Source: Candidatus Nomurabacteria bacterium
GTDB taxonomy: Bacteria > Patescibacteriota > Minisyncoccia > Phycocordibacterales > UBA918
Direction: 5' to 3'
DNA length: 64,000 nt
Assembly (NCBI GenBank): GCA_020632015.1
Contig: JACKGI010000002.1
Span: 91,121 to 155,120 of the forward strand
Shown here: positions 27,555-36,951 of the stretch, in pieces
Numbering within the stretch: position 1 is the stretch's first letter
Layout: the number at the start of each line of letters is the position of its first letter
Program-made: the position numbers and the translations under genes
Notes under the pieces: generated by a model
What the model was told of the DNA's origin: nothing
Databases searched by the model: none
Seen by the model: the letters and a program-made list of their open reading frames with translations, nothing else

Positions 27555-28142
27555 ATGTACACTTACAAAATTGAACAAGCAATCAAAGCAGCGTCGTTGT
27601 TACACCAAGAACAACTAAGAAAAGGTGATGTTCCGCTTCCGTACGCAACCCACCTTATGTCTGTCATGATGATAGTGCGTGATTATACCAACGATGAAGA
27701 CACTCTGGTCGCTGCTTTATTACACGATACGCTAGAAGACACTGACTATACCTACGAAGAATTAGTTGATGATTTTGGGGAGAAAGTGGCCGAGATAGTT
27801 AGGACAGTTAGCGAACCACAAAGTACCGCGTTAGACAGAATGCCATGGATTGAAGTCAAAAAAACTTACGCCAAGCAATTAAGAAGAGGTCCAAAAGAAG
27901 CAGTGTTGGTTGCGGCTGCTGACAAAATCCATAATTTTCGTAGTGTAATTGATGAGTATTATGATAATCACAATGGCTTCCTGCGCGACTTCGGCACCAA
28001 TCTAGACAATAAGTTAGAAGCGTATCAAAATATAGCGAATGCTATAAACAGCAGACTCTCAGATGGTATAGTACACGAGTTTAATCATACTTTTAAAGCC
28101 TATAAGGAATTTATTTTCAATGTCAAAGACAGCCTCAGCTAA
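27555..28142 (+). CDS. HD-domain (p)ppGpp-hydrolase-like protein (RelA/SpoT hydrolase fold, stand-alone)
   Basis: A..LH..Q.RK....PY..H...V, AALLHDTLEDT, EIVRTVSE. Confidence 0.75.
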   Translation: MYTYKIEQAIKAASLLHQEQLRKGDVPLPYATHLMSVMMIVRDYTNDEDTLVAALLHDTLEDTDYTYEELVDDFGEKVAEIVRTVSEPQSTALDRMPWIEVKKTYAKQLRRGPKEAVLVAAADKIHNFRSVIDEYYDNHNGFLRDFGTNLDNKLEAYQNIANAINSRLSDGIVHEFNHTFKAYKEFIFNVKDSLS

Positions 28143-29442
28143 AGCAAAAAACAAAACATCAGTTACCGGATACACCTTTATCAAAAGTGCTGGTGGGGTG
28201 GATGAGTACCAGCTCAAAAGCAATGGACTTCGTGTTTTGTATCACAATCGCCCAGAAACAGGCGTGGTTACAACTAATATCACATATCTAGTTGGCGCCA
28301 GAGATGAAGAAAGGGGAGTGACCGGTGTCGCACACATGCTTGAGCACATGTTGTTTAAGCCAACCGAAACTGATGTTAAGAAGGGAATCAAGTCAGGGAA
28401 AAGTATGCAGTTTGAAAGGGAGACAGGATCAATACTTAATGCCAACACCTGGAAAGACCGAACCACATACTACTTCAGCTACCCTAAGGAGCTTTTGAAC
28501 GAAGCTCTTCAAATTGAAGCAGAGAGAATGAATGGTGTGATTCTAAATGATAAAGAATTAAAGCCTGAGCAAGGCAATGTCCTTAGTGAGTTTGATATGT
28601 ACAATGGTGACCCGCATTTCGCCCTTTCTGTGCAGATGTGTAGCACCGCTTTTCATTCTCATCCTTATGGACATGAAACTATTGGCTATCGTGAAGATAT
28701 AGAAGACTATACACCTGATAAGCTAGAAAAGTTTTACCGAAATTACTACCGACCTGACAATGCCGTTATGATGGTTATTGGTGATATTGATAAGAAGACT
28801 GCTCTTGAAGCAGTGCGTAAGTCATTCGGTGACATCAAAAACCCTGACACTTCTATACCAAGATTTACAATCAGGGAACCCAAACAAGAAGGTGTCCGTA
28901 GAATTTCAATCGAAAGAGAGTCAAACACAAATATTGTATCTATCGGTTTTAAACATGAGGGCTTCCCAACAAAAGACTGGTTCGTAACTAACATAATGTT
29001 GGGTATTCTATCTACTGGTCCGGAAAGTATTCTTCATCGTTTATTAATCGACACAGGCAAGGCATCGAGTGTTGATGGAGCAATTGAACCCACTTCCGAA
29101 ACAAACCTCGGACTACTTAGTGTCACCTTGGCAGAAGGTCAAACTCACAATGAAATTGAAAGTCTAGTACTCAATAGCTTCAAGGCCTTAGACGCAAAAA
29201 CAATAAGTCCACTACTAAAAAAAGCTAAGGCAGGAATTCTAACAGACGAAATGTTTGCTAGACAGCATTCATTACGAATTGCACAAGAACTTACTGAATA
29301 CGTATCATCTGGACAATGGGAGGTCTATGCGAGAACACCTGAAATATTAAAGTCTATAACTACAAAAGATATTTTGGACTCTATCAAGAAAAACTTTGAA
29401 GAAAACAACCTTACTATTGGCTACTTTGTTGGGAAAAACTAG
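28120..29442 (+). CDS. M16 (pitrilysin) family zinc peptidase, active subunit
   Basis: HMLEHMLFK (HxxEH), downstream E; 440 aa. Confidence 0.85.
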   Translation: MSKTASAKAKNKTSVTGYTFIKSAGGVDEYQLKSNGLRVLYHNRPETGVVTTNITYLVGARDEERGVTGVAHMLEHMLFKPTETDVKKGIKSGKSMQFERETGSILNANTWKDRTTYYFSYPKELLNEALQIEAERMNGVILNDKELKPEQGNVLSEFDMYNGDPHFALSVQMCSTAFHSHPYGHETIGYREDIEDYTPDKLEKFYRNYYRPDNAVMMVIGDIDKKTALEAVRKSFGDIKNPDTSIPRFTIREPKQEGVRRISIERESNTNIVSIGFKHEGFPTKDWFVTNIMLGILSTGPESILHRLLIDTGKASSVDGAIEPTSETNLGLLSVTLAEGQTHNEIESLVLNSFKALDAKTISPLLKKAKAGILTDEMFARQHSLRIAQELTEYVSSGQWEVYARTPEILKSITTKDILDSIKKNFEENNLTIGYFVGKN

Positions 29443-29443
29443 T

Positions 29444-30727
29444 ATGAAATACCACATAAATAAATCTGAGAACTACTCACTAGCAACTATTATTCCTAGG
29501 CAAACACCGACTGTTAGCGCGCTAATTACAGTCGATGTTCATGACGAAAGGACTGTAGCAGATCAGTCGGCGCAATTAATGTACGGGGACGCAATACTCT
29601 CTGGAACAGAAAAACACACAAGAGAGGAATTTCTAAACGCTGTAAATACTTTAGGCGCAACTTTAAGCGTAAATGTTGGAAGCGGAGTAGTGACTTTTTC
29701 CCTAAAGTCTAGAAAAGAACATTTTGGAAAGCTTTTGAGTCTTTTTGAAACGATGATGATTTCACCGTTATTTTCGAAGGCTGAACTGCAAAGAATTCGC
29801 ACTACTGTACACAACGAACTTATCGAGTCGAAAGAAGACTCGAAGAGTATTGCTCAGGAAAATCTACTTAATACTATTTATGGATTCAGTGACCGAAAGT
29901 ACACATACCCAATAGAGGAAACTATCGAGTGCGTCAAAACAACTCAAGCTAGACACATCAAGGCTCTACACAGTAAGGTTCTTAGTCGCAACTGGACATG
30001 TAGCATCGCCGGCAACTCAACTGAATGTGAAAAACTTCACAAAACTGTGAAGAGAATAACTAATAATTTTTCTTGCAAGGATACCACTTCTATCCATCAA
30101 CAAAAGACTCCGAAACAAGTGGCGGTTTTGAGTAACATACCTAGTCGTTCTAACATCGATTTCAGCATTGGTGCTCCACTACCAATCACATTACATCATC
30201 CTGATTACGTCCCACTTAGTCTTGGATTAGCAGTGTTAGGAAGGTGGGGAGGCTTTTCGGGACGACTTATGAGTACTGTTCGAGAATTGGAAGGTCTTAC
30301 TTATGGAATCTACGCAAAGTTGGAAGGATTTTCTGGAACAGAGCAGGGTTACTGGAGAATTATCACTTTCTTTTCGCCTGACAAAGCACTACAAGGCCTC
30401 GAATCTACTTTTCGAGAAATCAAAAAACTCTATAATAAAGGTATTACGAAAGCGGAGCTGGAAAAGTTTAAGACGGTGATGAACACCAGCCAAGTCCTTC
30501 TTAACGACTCAATCGGTGGACTGTTGAGTGATCTTCACTCTTATCATTACAACGGTTTTTCGTTGGATGAGATGAAGGAACATAAGAATCGAGTCAATTC
30601 TCTAACTCTTGATGAGGTAAATAAAGCAGTAAAAACATACCTAAACCCTAACAACTTAACCATCTCGGGCGCGGGACCAACTAAAACTGTTCAAAAGAAC
30701 ATCAAAGATTTTATTAAGTCTGTGTAA
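29444..30727 (+). CDS. M16 family peptidase-like protein, non-catalytic partner
   Basis: M16 fold-like length and adjacency, no HxxEH; ATG at 29444 directly after the upstream stop (track start 29396 overlaps). Confidence 0.7.
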   Translation: MKYHINKSENYSLATIIPRQTPTVSALITVDVHDERTVADQSAQLMYGDAILSGTEKHTREEFLNAVNTLGATLSVNVGSGVVTFSLKSRKEHFGKLLSLFETMMISPLFSKAELQRIRTTVHNELIESKEDSKSIAQENLLNTIYGFSDRKYTYPIEETIECVKTTQARHIKALHSKVLSRNWTCSIAGNSTECEKLHKTVKRITNNFSCKDTTSIHQQKTPKQVAVLSNIPSRSNIDFSIGAPLPITLHHPDYVPLSLGLAVLGRWGGFSGRLMSTVRELEGLTYGIYAKLEGFSGTEQGYWRIITFFSPDKALQGLESTFREIKKLYNKGITKAELEKFKTVMNTSQVLLNDSIGGLLSDLHSYHYNGFSLDEMKEHKNRVNSLTLDEVNKAVKTYLNPNNLTISGAGPTKTVQKNIKDFIKSV

Positions 30728-30740
30728 TAATGTTTCTAAT

Positions 30741-31016
30741 ATGAATTTACTTTTTTGGGGTCTTACAGTTGGAACAATCGGCAAAGCGATGCTCGCAGTT
30801 GGAGTGCTTATTGCACATACAGAGCTTGCTCACGAACGCAAAATAGACAAGTTAGTCCTCAAAAGCTTTAGGCTTGAACATTCACTTACTATAGCTGGAT
30901 TAGTTCTTATCGTGGCTGGCTACGGTATGGAAATTTACTTCTATGACTTTGTTTCAATGCTAACCTGCTTTGGCTCAGAGTGTGCCCTAAACGCTGCTGC
31001 TATCCTGTCTCAGTAA
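30741..31016 (+). CDS. Small membrane protein (91 aa)
   Basis: Three hydrophobic segments; tightly follows the M16 pair. Confidence 0.4.
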   Translation: MNLLFWGLTVGTIGKAMLAVGVLIAHTELAHERKIDKLVLKSFRLEHSLTIAGLVLIVAGYGMEIYFYDFVSMLTCFGSECALNAAAILSQ

Positions 31017-31074
31017 CTTCTACATTGATTTACAATATTGTGTTATATTCACAATACTGTAAATTATTGAATCT

Positions 31075-33015
31075 ATGAACAAAGGCAACGACATTCGTAA
31101 AAAATACCTAGATTTCATGGCCAAAAACGGCCATGCTGTTATTCCGTCATCTGCTCTTGTACCAGAAAATGACCCGACGACTCTTTTTACCGGTAGCGGT
31201 ATGCAGCCACTTGTACCGTACCTGATGGGAGAAACCCACCCAAAGGGCACCAAGCTAACTGACTCACAGAAGTGCTTTCGAGCTGAGGACATAGAAGAAG
31301 TGGGAGATAATCGACACACTACTTTTTTCGAAATGCTTGGAAACTGGTCACTAGGTGACTATTTTAAACAAGAACAACTTCCTTGGTTCTATTCATTTTT
31401 GACTGACGAAGTAGGACTAAATCCAGAAAATATATACGTTACAACATTTATTGGTGACGAAAAAGCAAATGTCCCCAAAGATACAGAAGCTGTAGACATA
31501 TGGAAGAAACTCTTCACTGAGAAAGGTATCTCTGCTGGCGTGGCTGAAATGGGCTCAGAAGAAGAGGGTGGTGAAAGGGGAATGAATGAAGGCGAAAGAA
31601 TCTTTTACTACGACGCAAGTAAGAACTGGTGGACGCGCGCTGGAAAGATTCAAAACATGCCAGTGGGTGAAATAGGAGGTCCTGATAGTGAGGTGTTCTA
31701 TGATTTTGGTACTCCACATGACACAAAGTTTGGTAAACATTGCCACCCAAACTGTGACTGCGGGCGTTTTCTTGAAATCGGGAATTCTGTATTCATGGAA
31801 TACATCAAGACAGAAAACGGCTTTGAAAAACTACCAAAGCAAAACGTTGATTTTGGTGGAGGTCTTGAGCGTATCGCAGCAGCGGCAATAGAAGAGAATG
31901 ACATGTTTAAAGTTGATTTACTTTGGAATGTGGTTGAAAAAATCCAAACCTTGTCTGGAAAGAAATATGAAGATAATCTAGTCGCTTTTAGAGTTGTGAC
32001 TGATCATGTTCGAGGAGCAACTTTCATGATTGGAGACGGCATACTACCAAGCAATACTGAACAAGGTTATTTCGTACGGAGGCTACTTCGTAGAGCGGTA
32101 CGCTACGCTGACATGATTGGAGTTCCTGAGGGAATGTTTTCTGACCTCGCAGAAGCTGTAATTCAAACCTACAAAGGACATTACACAAATCTTAAGGATA
32201 AGGAGGAGGAAATAAAACAAACAATTACTCAAGAGGAGGCTCAATTCCGCAAGACACTTGAAAATGGACTTAAACAATTTAATAAAATCTCACTTCAAGT
32301 TCATGTAAACACTAAGGTGGTGGATGGTAAAAAAGTTCTAGACAAGGAATCAACCGTAACAAAAAAAGCTATCAGTGCTCAGAATGCCTTTGATTTATTT
32401 ACTACTTACGGTTTTCCGATTGAGTTAACTGAAGAAATCGCTGAAGAGAAAGGACTAATTGTCGACAAGGCTGGCTTTGAAAAGCTTATGGAGGAACATC
32501 GAGAAAAGTCTCGAGCAGGAGCGGAACAAAAGTTCAAAGGAGGACTTGCTGATCACTCTGAGACAGTGGTTCAGTATCACACTAGTACACACCTCCTTCT
32601 AGCTGCGCTTAGACATTTCTTGGGAGACCACGTACACCAAGCTGGCTCAAATATCACCGGGGAACGCCTTCGATTTGACTTCACTCATCCTGAAAAAATC
32701 GACCGTGACACCCTAGACAATATTGAAGACTGGGTAAATCAAGCTATCAAAACAGGAGGTAAGGTAACGATTGACATGATGCCGAAAGAAACTGCTGAAA
32801 ATGATCCAACTGTGGAAGGTAGTTTTTGGGACAGGTATCCTGATGAGGTGAAAGTTTATACAGTAAACGGTAATGATGGAACTATTTTTTCCCGCGAGCT
32901 TTGTGGGGGTCCACACGTTGAAAATCTAGAAGATATAACCGGAACCTTCAAAATCAAAAAGGAAGAATCGTCATCAGCAGGTGTACGTAGAATCAAAGCG
33001 GTCTTGATAAAGTAG
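31075..33015 (+). CDS. alaS: Alanine--tRNA ligase, short form (646 aa)
   Basis: Class II catalytic core (FTGSGMQP, FFEMLGNWS, FGGGLERI), editing-domain HTSTH and CGGPHV; ends right after the editing domain. Confidence 0.95.
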   Translation: MNKGNDIRKKYLDFMAKNGHAVIPSSALVPENDPTTLFTGSGMQPLVPYLMGETHPKGTKLTDSQKCFRAEDIEEVGDNRHTTFFEMLGNWSLGDYFKQEQLPWFYSFLTDEVGLNPENIYVTTFIGDEKANVPKDTEAVDIWKKLFTEKGISAGVAEMGSEEEGGERGMNEGERIFYYDASKNWWTRAGKIQNMPVGEIGGPDSEVFYDFGTPHDTKFGKHCHPNCDCGRFLEIGNSVFMEYIKTENGFEKLPKQNVDFGGGLERIAAAAIEENDMFKVDLLWNVVEKIQTLSGKKYEDNLVAFRVVTDHVRGATFMIGDGILPSNTEQGYFVRRLLRRAVRYADMIGVPEGMFSDLAEAVIQTYKGHYTNLKDKEEEIKQTITQEEAQFRKTLENGLKQFNKISLQVHVNTKVVDGKKVLDKESTVTKKAISAQNAFDLFTTYGFPIELTEEIAEEKGLIVDKAGFEKLMEEHREKSRAGAEQKFKGGLADHSETVVQYHTSTHLLLAALRHFLGDHVHQAGSNITGERLRFDFTHPEKIDRDTLDNIEDWVNQAIKTGGKVTIDMMPKETAENDPTVEGSFWDRYPDEVKVYTVNGNDGTIFSRELCGGPHVENLEDITGTFKIKKEESSSAGVRRIKAVLIK

Positions 33016-33081
33016 TCTTATCCACGAATATATGAGGAGTTTTTGTACTGCCGGTAAAGCTTTACCTGTTATACTATCTTT

Positions 33082-34314
33082 ATGTCACTTTTCGGGGGAA
33101 GTAAGTCAAATGAAAGTTTTGGCGCTGTAGTTGATATAGGCTCAGGGAGCGTATTAGTATCCGTAGTTCATTCTGATCCGTCCAAAAAGTTTCCTCAGAT
33201 TGTTTGGTCTCATCGAGAACAAGCGCCACTTCGAAATATTGAGTCAATTGAACAGAGTGCCAAGGCCGTAATGACAGCGTTAGTGAACGCTTCGATGCTA
33301 CTAGATGGGGAGGGTAGGAAGGCGCTACAAGCCTACCGAGCTGGTGCAGAACTTAACAAACTTCAGTTTAGTATAAGTGCACCATGGGCCTACACAATAA
33401 CGAAAACTATCAATTACTCTCAAGAAGAGGATTTTCTTGTTACCGAGGAACTTATCGACGAATTATATAAAGCGATAGAGGATAAAATTTCTAATGAGTT
33501 AAAGCAAGATAAAACCTTGCAGGATTTGGGCTTGGAAGTAATAGCAAAAATGACTATGGACTTGTCATCAAATGGCTATCACGTATCTCACCCTGAAGGG
33601 AACAAGACGCAAACACTGACAATTTCTCAATCTAATTCTGTCGCACACAAGTATCTAGTTGACGCAATTGAAGAATTAAAGGATAAACTCTTTCCAAAAA
33701 CTAATCCAAAGAGTATTTCCTTTATTTTGATGCTATATACAATAACTAAGGAGTTTTTGAGACAAAGTAACGACGTTTGTTTGGTAGATATTACTTACGA
33801 AGCTACTGAGATAGGAGTTGTTCGTGAAGGAGTGCTTACATACTGTACTCATACTCCGTTTGGGTCGTTTTCTATTGCCAGAGAAATATCTGACATAACC
33901 GGAGTTCCACTACACGAATCCTTTGGATATTTGCACCTTGAAAAACCTTATGATTTCATTGCCAATCTCAATAAGCAACAAAAAGCAGATGTCGAACTTG
34001 TTTTTGAAGCCTATACTGAAAGAGTTAGTAATTTATTCAAAGAAACAGGCGATAGTTTATCTATTCCGAAAAAGATATCGTTACACACTGACTTAAATAC
34101 AGAGACGCTTTTTACCGACCTCATTCACAAAGCTGCTACCAGAAACCTCAAAACTCAACCAACTGTCACACCAATATCAAAAGAAATTATCGACCAATAC
34201 CAAAAAGCACAGACAACTGACACAGAAAACGAGATTGCTACAGACACAGCTCTGTTTGTGTCAGCTCAGTTTTTCCACAACAATGCCAAACATCCGACCA
34301 TTGAGTACTTTTAA
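33082..34314 (+). CDS. Divergent actin-fold (ASKHA; FtsA/PilM-like) protein
   Basis: Phosphate-1-like AVVDIGSGSVLVSV; second motif VCLVDITYEATEIGVV aligns with FtsA VCVVDIGGGTMDIAV but lacks the Gly residues. Confidence 0.45.
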   Translation: MSLFGGSKSNESFGAVVDIGSGSVLVSVVHSDPSKKFPQIVWSHREQAPLRNIESIEQSAKAVMTALVNASMLLDGEGRKALQAYRAGAELNKLQFSISAPWAYTITKTINYSQEEDFLVTEELIDELYKAIEDKISNELKQDKTLQDLGLEVIAKMTMDLSSNGYHVSHPEGNKTQTLTISQSNSVAHKYLVDAIEELKDKLFPKTNPKSISFILMLYTITKEFLRQSNDVCLVDITYEATEIGVVREGVLTYCTHTPFGSFSIAREISDITGVPLHESFGYLHLEKPYDFIANLNKQQKADVELVFEAYTERVSNLFKETGDSLSIPKKISLHTDLNTETLFTDLIHKAATRNLKTQPTVTPISKEIIDQYQKAQTTDTENEIATDTALFVSAQFFHNNAKHPTIEYF

Positions 34315-34338
34315 ACCTATATACTGTAAAATATACAT

Positions 34339-35673
34339 ATGACAAAAAAATGGAACTTGCAGGATATTCGTCCGGCAGAACCTCGCAAGTCGAGAGCCCC
34401 GAGACCAATGAACACTTCAAATCCTTCTATTAATGAGGAGACTGTTTCTCAAGAAGAAACTATTGAAAGGGAGCATATTCCTAGCATTGTAATTGAGGAT
34501 GGTACAAAAAAGGAAAGTAAACGATTAGTGGTCTCAATCGTACTATTTTTCGTAATTGTTGGTGGAGCTGTTGGACTGAGCGCCATAATGGGAAAAACTG
34601 AACTCACAATATACCCAGAACACCGTACCCCAAACATAAGTGCTGAATTTACTGCTTATCCAGACAAAAGAGACGGGGCACTTAGTTATGAAGTAATGAC
34701 ACTAGAAACAACTGGTGAAGCACAGGTTAAGGCCTCTGGACAAGTTCAGGTAGAAAAACAAACAACCGGTAAAATCGAAATCATCAAAACCACACCGGGC
34801 ACTGAACGACTTATTAAAAACACACGATTCCGAAGTCCTGACGGTCTTATCTTCAGAATCCAAGAATCCGTTGTCGTACCAGGAGCTGTCAAAGACTCTA
34901 GCGGAGCCTCAGTTCCGGGAACAATCCAAGCTGAAGTTTTTGCAGACGAACCGGGTGATGAATACAATCTACCAGCAGGTACCAATCTAGACATTCCTGG
35001 CTTTGAAGAAAACGGCTTCACAGAACTATTCAAATCAATCACCGCAAGAAACCCTCAAGCATTTACTGGAGGATACAGCGGACCTCAGTTCCAAATTGAT
35101 GAAAATGAACTTAGTACTGCAAGACAAGCTCTTCAAATCAAGCTTCGTGACGACCTCTTAATGAGAGTAGAAAACGAAAAGCCAGCTGATTTTATAGCTT
35201 TTGAAGATGCTGTAGCTATTACCTACAATCAACTTCCAGCTGTCGAATACGGAAATGATTTAGTTACTATTAGAGAACAAGCTATTTTACAAATACCATT
35301 GTTTCAGTCACAGGAATTTGGTTCTTTCCTAGCTAAGGAAAGCATTCCGACCTACGAAAAGGGACCTATCAGAGTAGATGACCCTACCGTATTAAATTTC
35401 CAGTACACTTCACCGACAACAAGCTCTAGCATAATTGCAAACGATCCTTCACTGACCTTTAAACTCACAGGAAAGCCACTTTTAATCTGGGAATACGACG
35501 CAAAAAAACTAGCTGGTGACTTAGCAGGACTACCAAAAACAGCAATTAATAACGCCGTTACTGCATATCCTGGCATTAGCTCAGCCTTAGTACACATAAC
35601 ACCGTTCTGGAAGAGAACCTTCCCTGAAGATCCTGAAGAAATCATAATCATAGAAGAACTGAAGGAATTATAA
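34339..35673 (+). CDS. Membrane-anchored protein with large extracytoplasmic domain, unknown function
   Basis: Basic/Pro-rich N-terminus, one TM (LVVSIVLFFVIVGG), about 360 aa outside; the segment ..FRSPDGLIFRI..VPGTIQAEVFADEPGDEYNLPAGT resembles baseplate-J-like proteins (recollection only). Confidence 0.45.
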   Translation: MTKKWNLQDIRPAEPRKSRAPRPMNTSNPSINEETVSQEETIEREHIPSIVIEDGTKKESKRLVVSIVLFFVIVGGAVGLSAIMGKTELTIYPEHRTPNISAEFTAYPDKRDGALSYEVMTLETTGEAQVKASGQVQVEKQTTGKIEIIKTTPGTERLIKNTRFRSPDGLIFRIQESVVVPGAVKDSSGASVPGTIQAEVFADEPGDEYNLPAGTNLDIPGFEENGFTELFKSITARNPQAFTGGYSGPQFQIDENELSTARQALQIKLRDDLLMRVENEKPADFIAFEDAVAITYNQLPAVEYGNDLVTIREQAILQIPLFQSQEFGSFLAKESIPTYEKGPIRVDDPTVLNFQYTSPTTSSSIIANDPSLTFKLTGKPLLIWEYDAKKLAGDLAGLPKTAINNAVTAYPGISSALVHITPFWKRTFPEDPEEIIIIEELKEL

Positions 35674-35704
35674 AAGATATCAACAAGATAAACTCATTTT
35701 GTAG

Positions 35705-35733
35705 TTGACGGGTTTATTATTATTTGTTAGTAT
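35705..35733 (+). promoter_or_regulatory. Putative promoter of the infA-rpmJ-rps/rpoA block
   Basis: TTGACG, 17-nt spacer, TAGTAT; -10 ends 12 nt before the infA ATG. Confidence 0.5.
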
Positions 35734-35745
35734 CACCCACGTTTA

Positions 35746-35973
35746 ATGGATCAAGAGACATCAGCGGTTAAGGACGATTTAGTGTATGGGATTGTAGAGG
35801 AAGCTCTACCCAATGCTCTTTTTCGTGTCACCGTAGAAGGGGAGGCGGAGCCCGTTCTCGCATACCTAGCAGGTAAAATGCGACGATTCCGGATTCGAGT
35901 ACTAGTCGGCGACAAAGTTGGCATGGTGACCGATCCATACGGAGGAAAAGCGCGGATAACAAAGCGTCTATAA
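35746..35973 (+). CDS. infA: Translation initiation factor IF-1
   Basis: S1-like: GIVEEALPNALFRV....AYLAGKMRRFRIRVLVGDKV. Confidence 0.95.
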   Translation: MDQETSAVKDDLVYGIVEEALPNALFRVTVEGEAEPVLAYLAGKMRRFRIRVLVGDKVGMVTDPYGGKARITKRL

Positions 35974-35982
35974 ACAATTATT

Positions 35983-36099
35983 ATGAAAGTACGATCATCA
36001 GTTAAAAAAATGAGTCCCGACGACAAAATCGTCAAGCGACGTGGAGTAGTTTTTGTTATTAACAAAAAGAAGCCACGACATAAGCAAAGACAAGGTTAA
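35983..36099 (+). CDS. rpmJ: 50S ribosomal protein L36 (Cys-less form); not in the ORF track
   Basis: Manual translation [38 protein letters not shown], 38 aa, colinear with E. coli L36; canonical position between infA and rpsM. Confidence 0.85.
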   Translation: MKVRSSVKKMSPDDKIVKRRGVVFVINKKKPRHKQRQG

Positions 36100-36101
36100 T
36101 T

Positions 36102-36479
36102 ATGAGAATCTCAGGTATTACAATCCCAGACGAGAAACAACTAGCGTATGCACTCACTGCTGTATACGGTATTGGTCTATCTCGATCAAAGGATATTCTC
36201 GATGAGCTATCTATCGAGCACACAAGAAAGGCTACTGAACTAACAACTGAAGAAGAGAACGCAATTCGTGAAAAAGTCGAAGCATTTTCTATCGAAGGTG
36301 AATTAAAGCGACAAGTTGCCGGAAACATCAAGCGACTTAAGGACATTGATTCATACCGTGGATCACGTCACGCTAAGCGATTACCAGCGCGAGGACAACG
36401 AACTAAAACCAATTCTCGTACTCTTAAGGGTGCTAAGAAGACTATGGGTAGTGGTCGTCGTAAGCTAGAAAAGACTTAA
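36102..36479 (+). CDS. rpsM: 30S ribosomal protein S13
   Basis: MRISGITIP..K....ALT.VYGIG; SYRG.RH...LP.RGQRT. Confidence 0.97.
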   Translation: MRISGITIPDEKQLAYALTAVYGIGLSRSKDILDELSIEHTRKATELTTEEENAIREKVEAFSIEGELKRQVAGNIKRLKDIDSYRGSRHAKRLPARGQRTKTNSRTLKGAKKTMGSGRRKLEKT

Positions 36480-36510
36480 AATTATTAATATTTCATTATC
36501 GTAACGACAT

Positions 36511-36942
36511 ATGGGTAAGAAACGTATCATGAAGAAGAGCGGTGGCTCAGATGTAGCAGGTACATCAAGAGCGCTAAACCGTATCCCAAAGAGAAAGTTG
36601 GCTACTGGCCGACTAAACATCTTGGCGACCTTCAATAACACATTAGTGACTCTTTGTGATGAAAAGGGTAATTCAGTAATGGCTGCTTCAAGTGGAGCGC
36701 TTGGATTCAAGGGTTCACGAAAGAGTACTCCTTTTGCAGCTGCAAAGGTAGGAGAAATCATCGGAGAAAAAGCACAACAAATGGGCATGAAAGAAGCAGA
36801 AGTCATTGTCCGTGGAGTAGGAGCTGGACGAGAGTCAGCACTACGTGCATTTGCAGGAAAAGGTATCGGTATTAGTCGAATCACCGACCGAACTCCTGTT
36901 CCATTTAATGGCCCTCGTGCACCTAAGGCACGTCGAGTATAG
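36511..36942 (+). CDS. rpsK: 30S ribosomal protein S11
   Basis: ATFNNTLVTLCDEKGN..., GFKGSRKSTPFAA, RITDRTPVPFNG. Confidence 0.97.
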   Translation: MGKKRIMKKSGGSDVAGTSRALNRIPKRKLATGRLNILATFNNTLVTLCDEKGNSVMAASSGALGFKGSRKSTPFAAAKVGEIIGEKAQQMGMKEAEVIVRGVGAGRESALRAFAGKGIGISRITDRTPVPFNGPRAPKARRV

Positions 36943-36951
36943 TTTTAGCTT

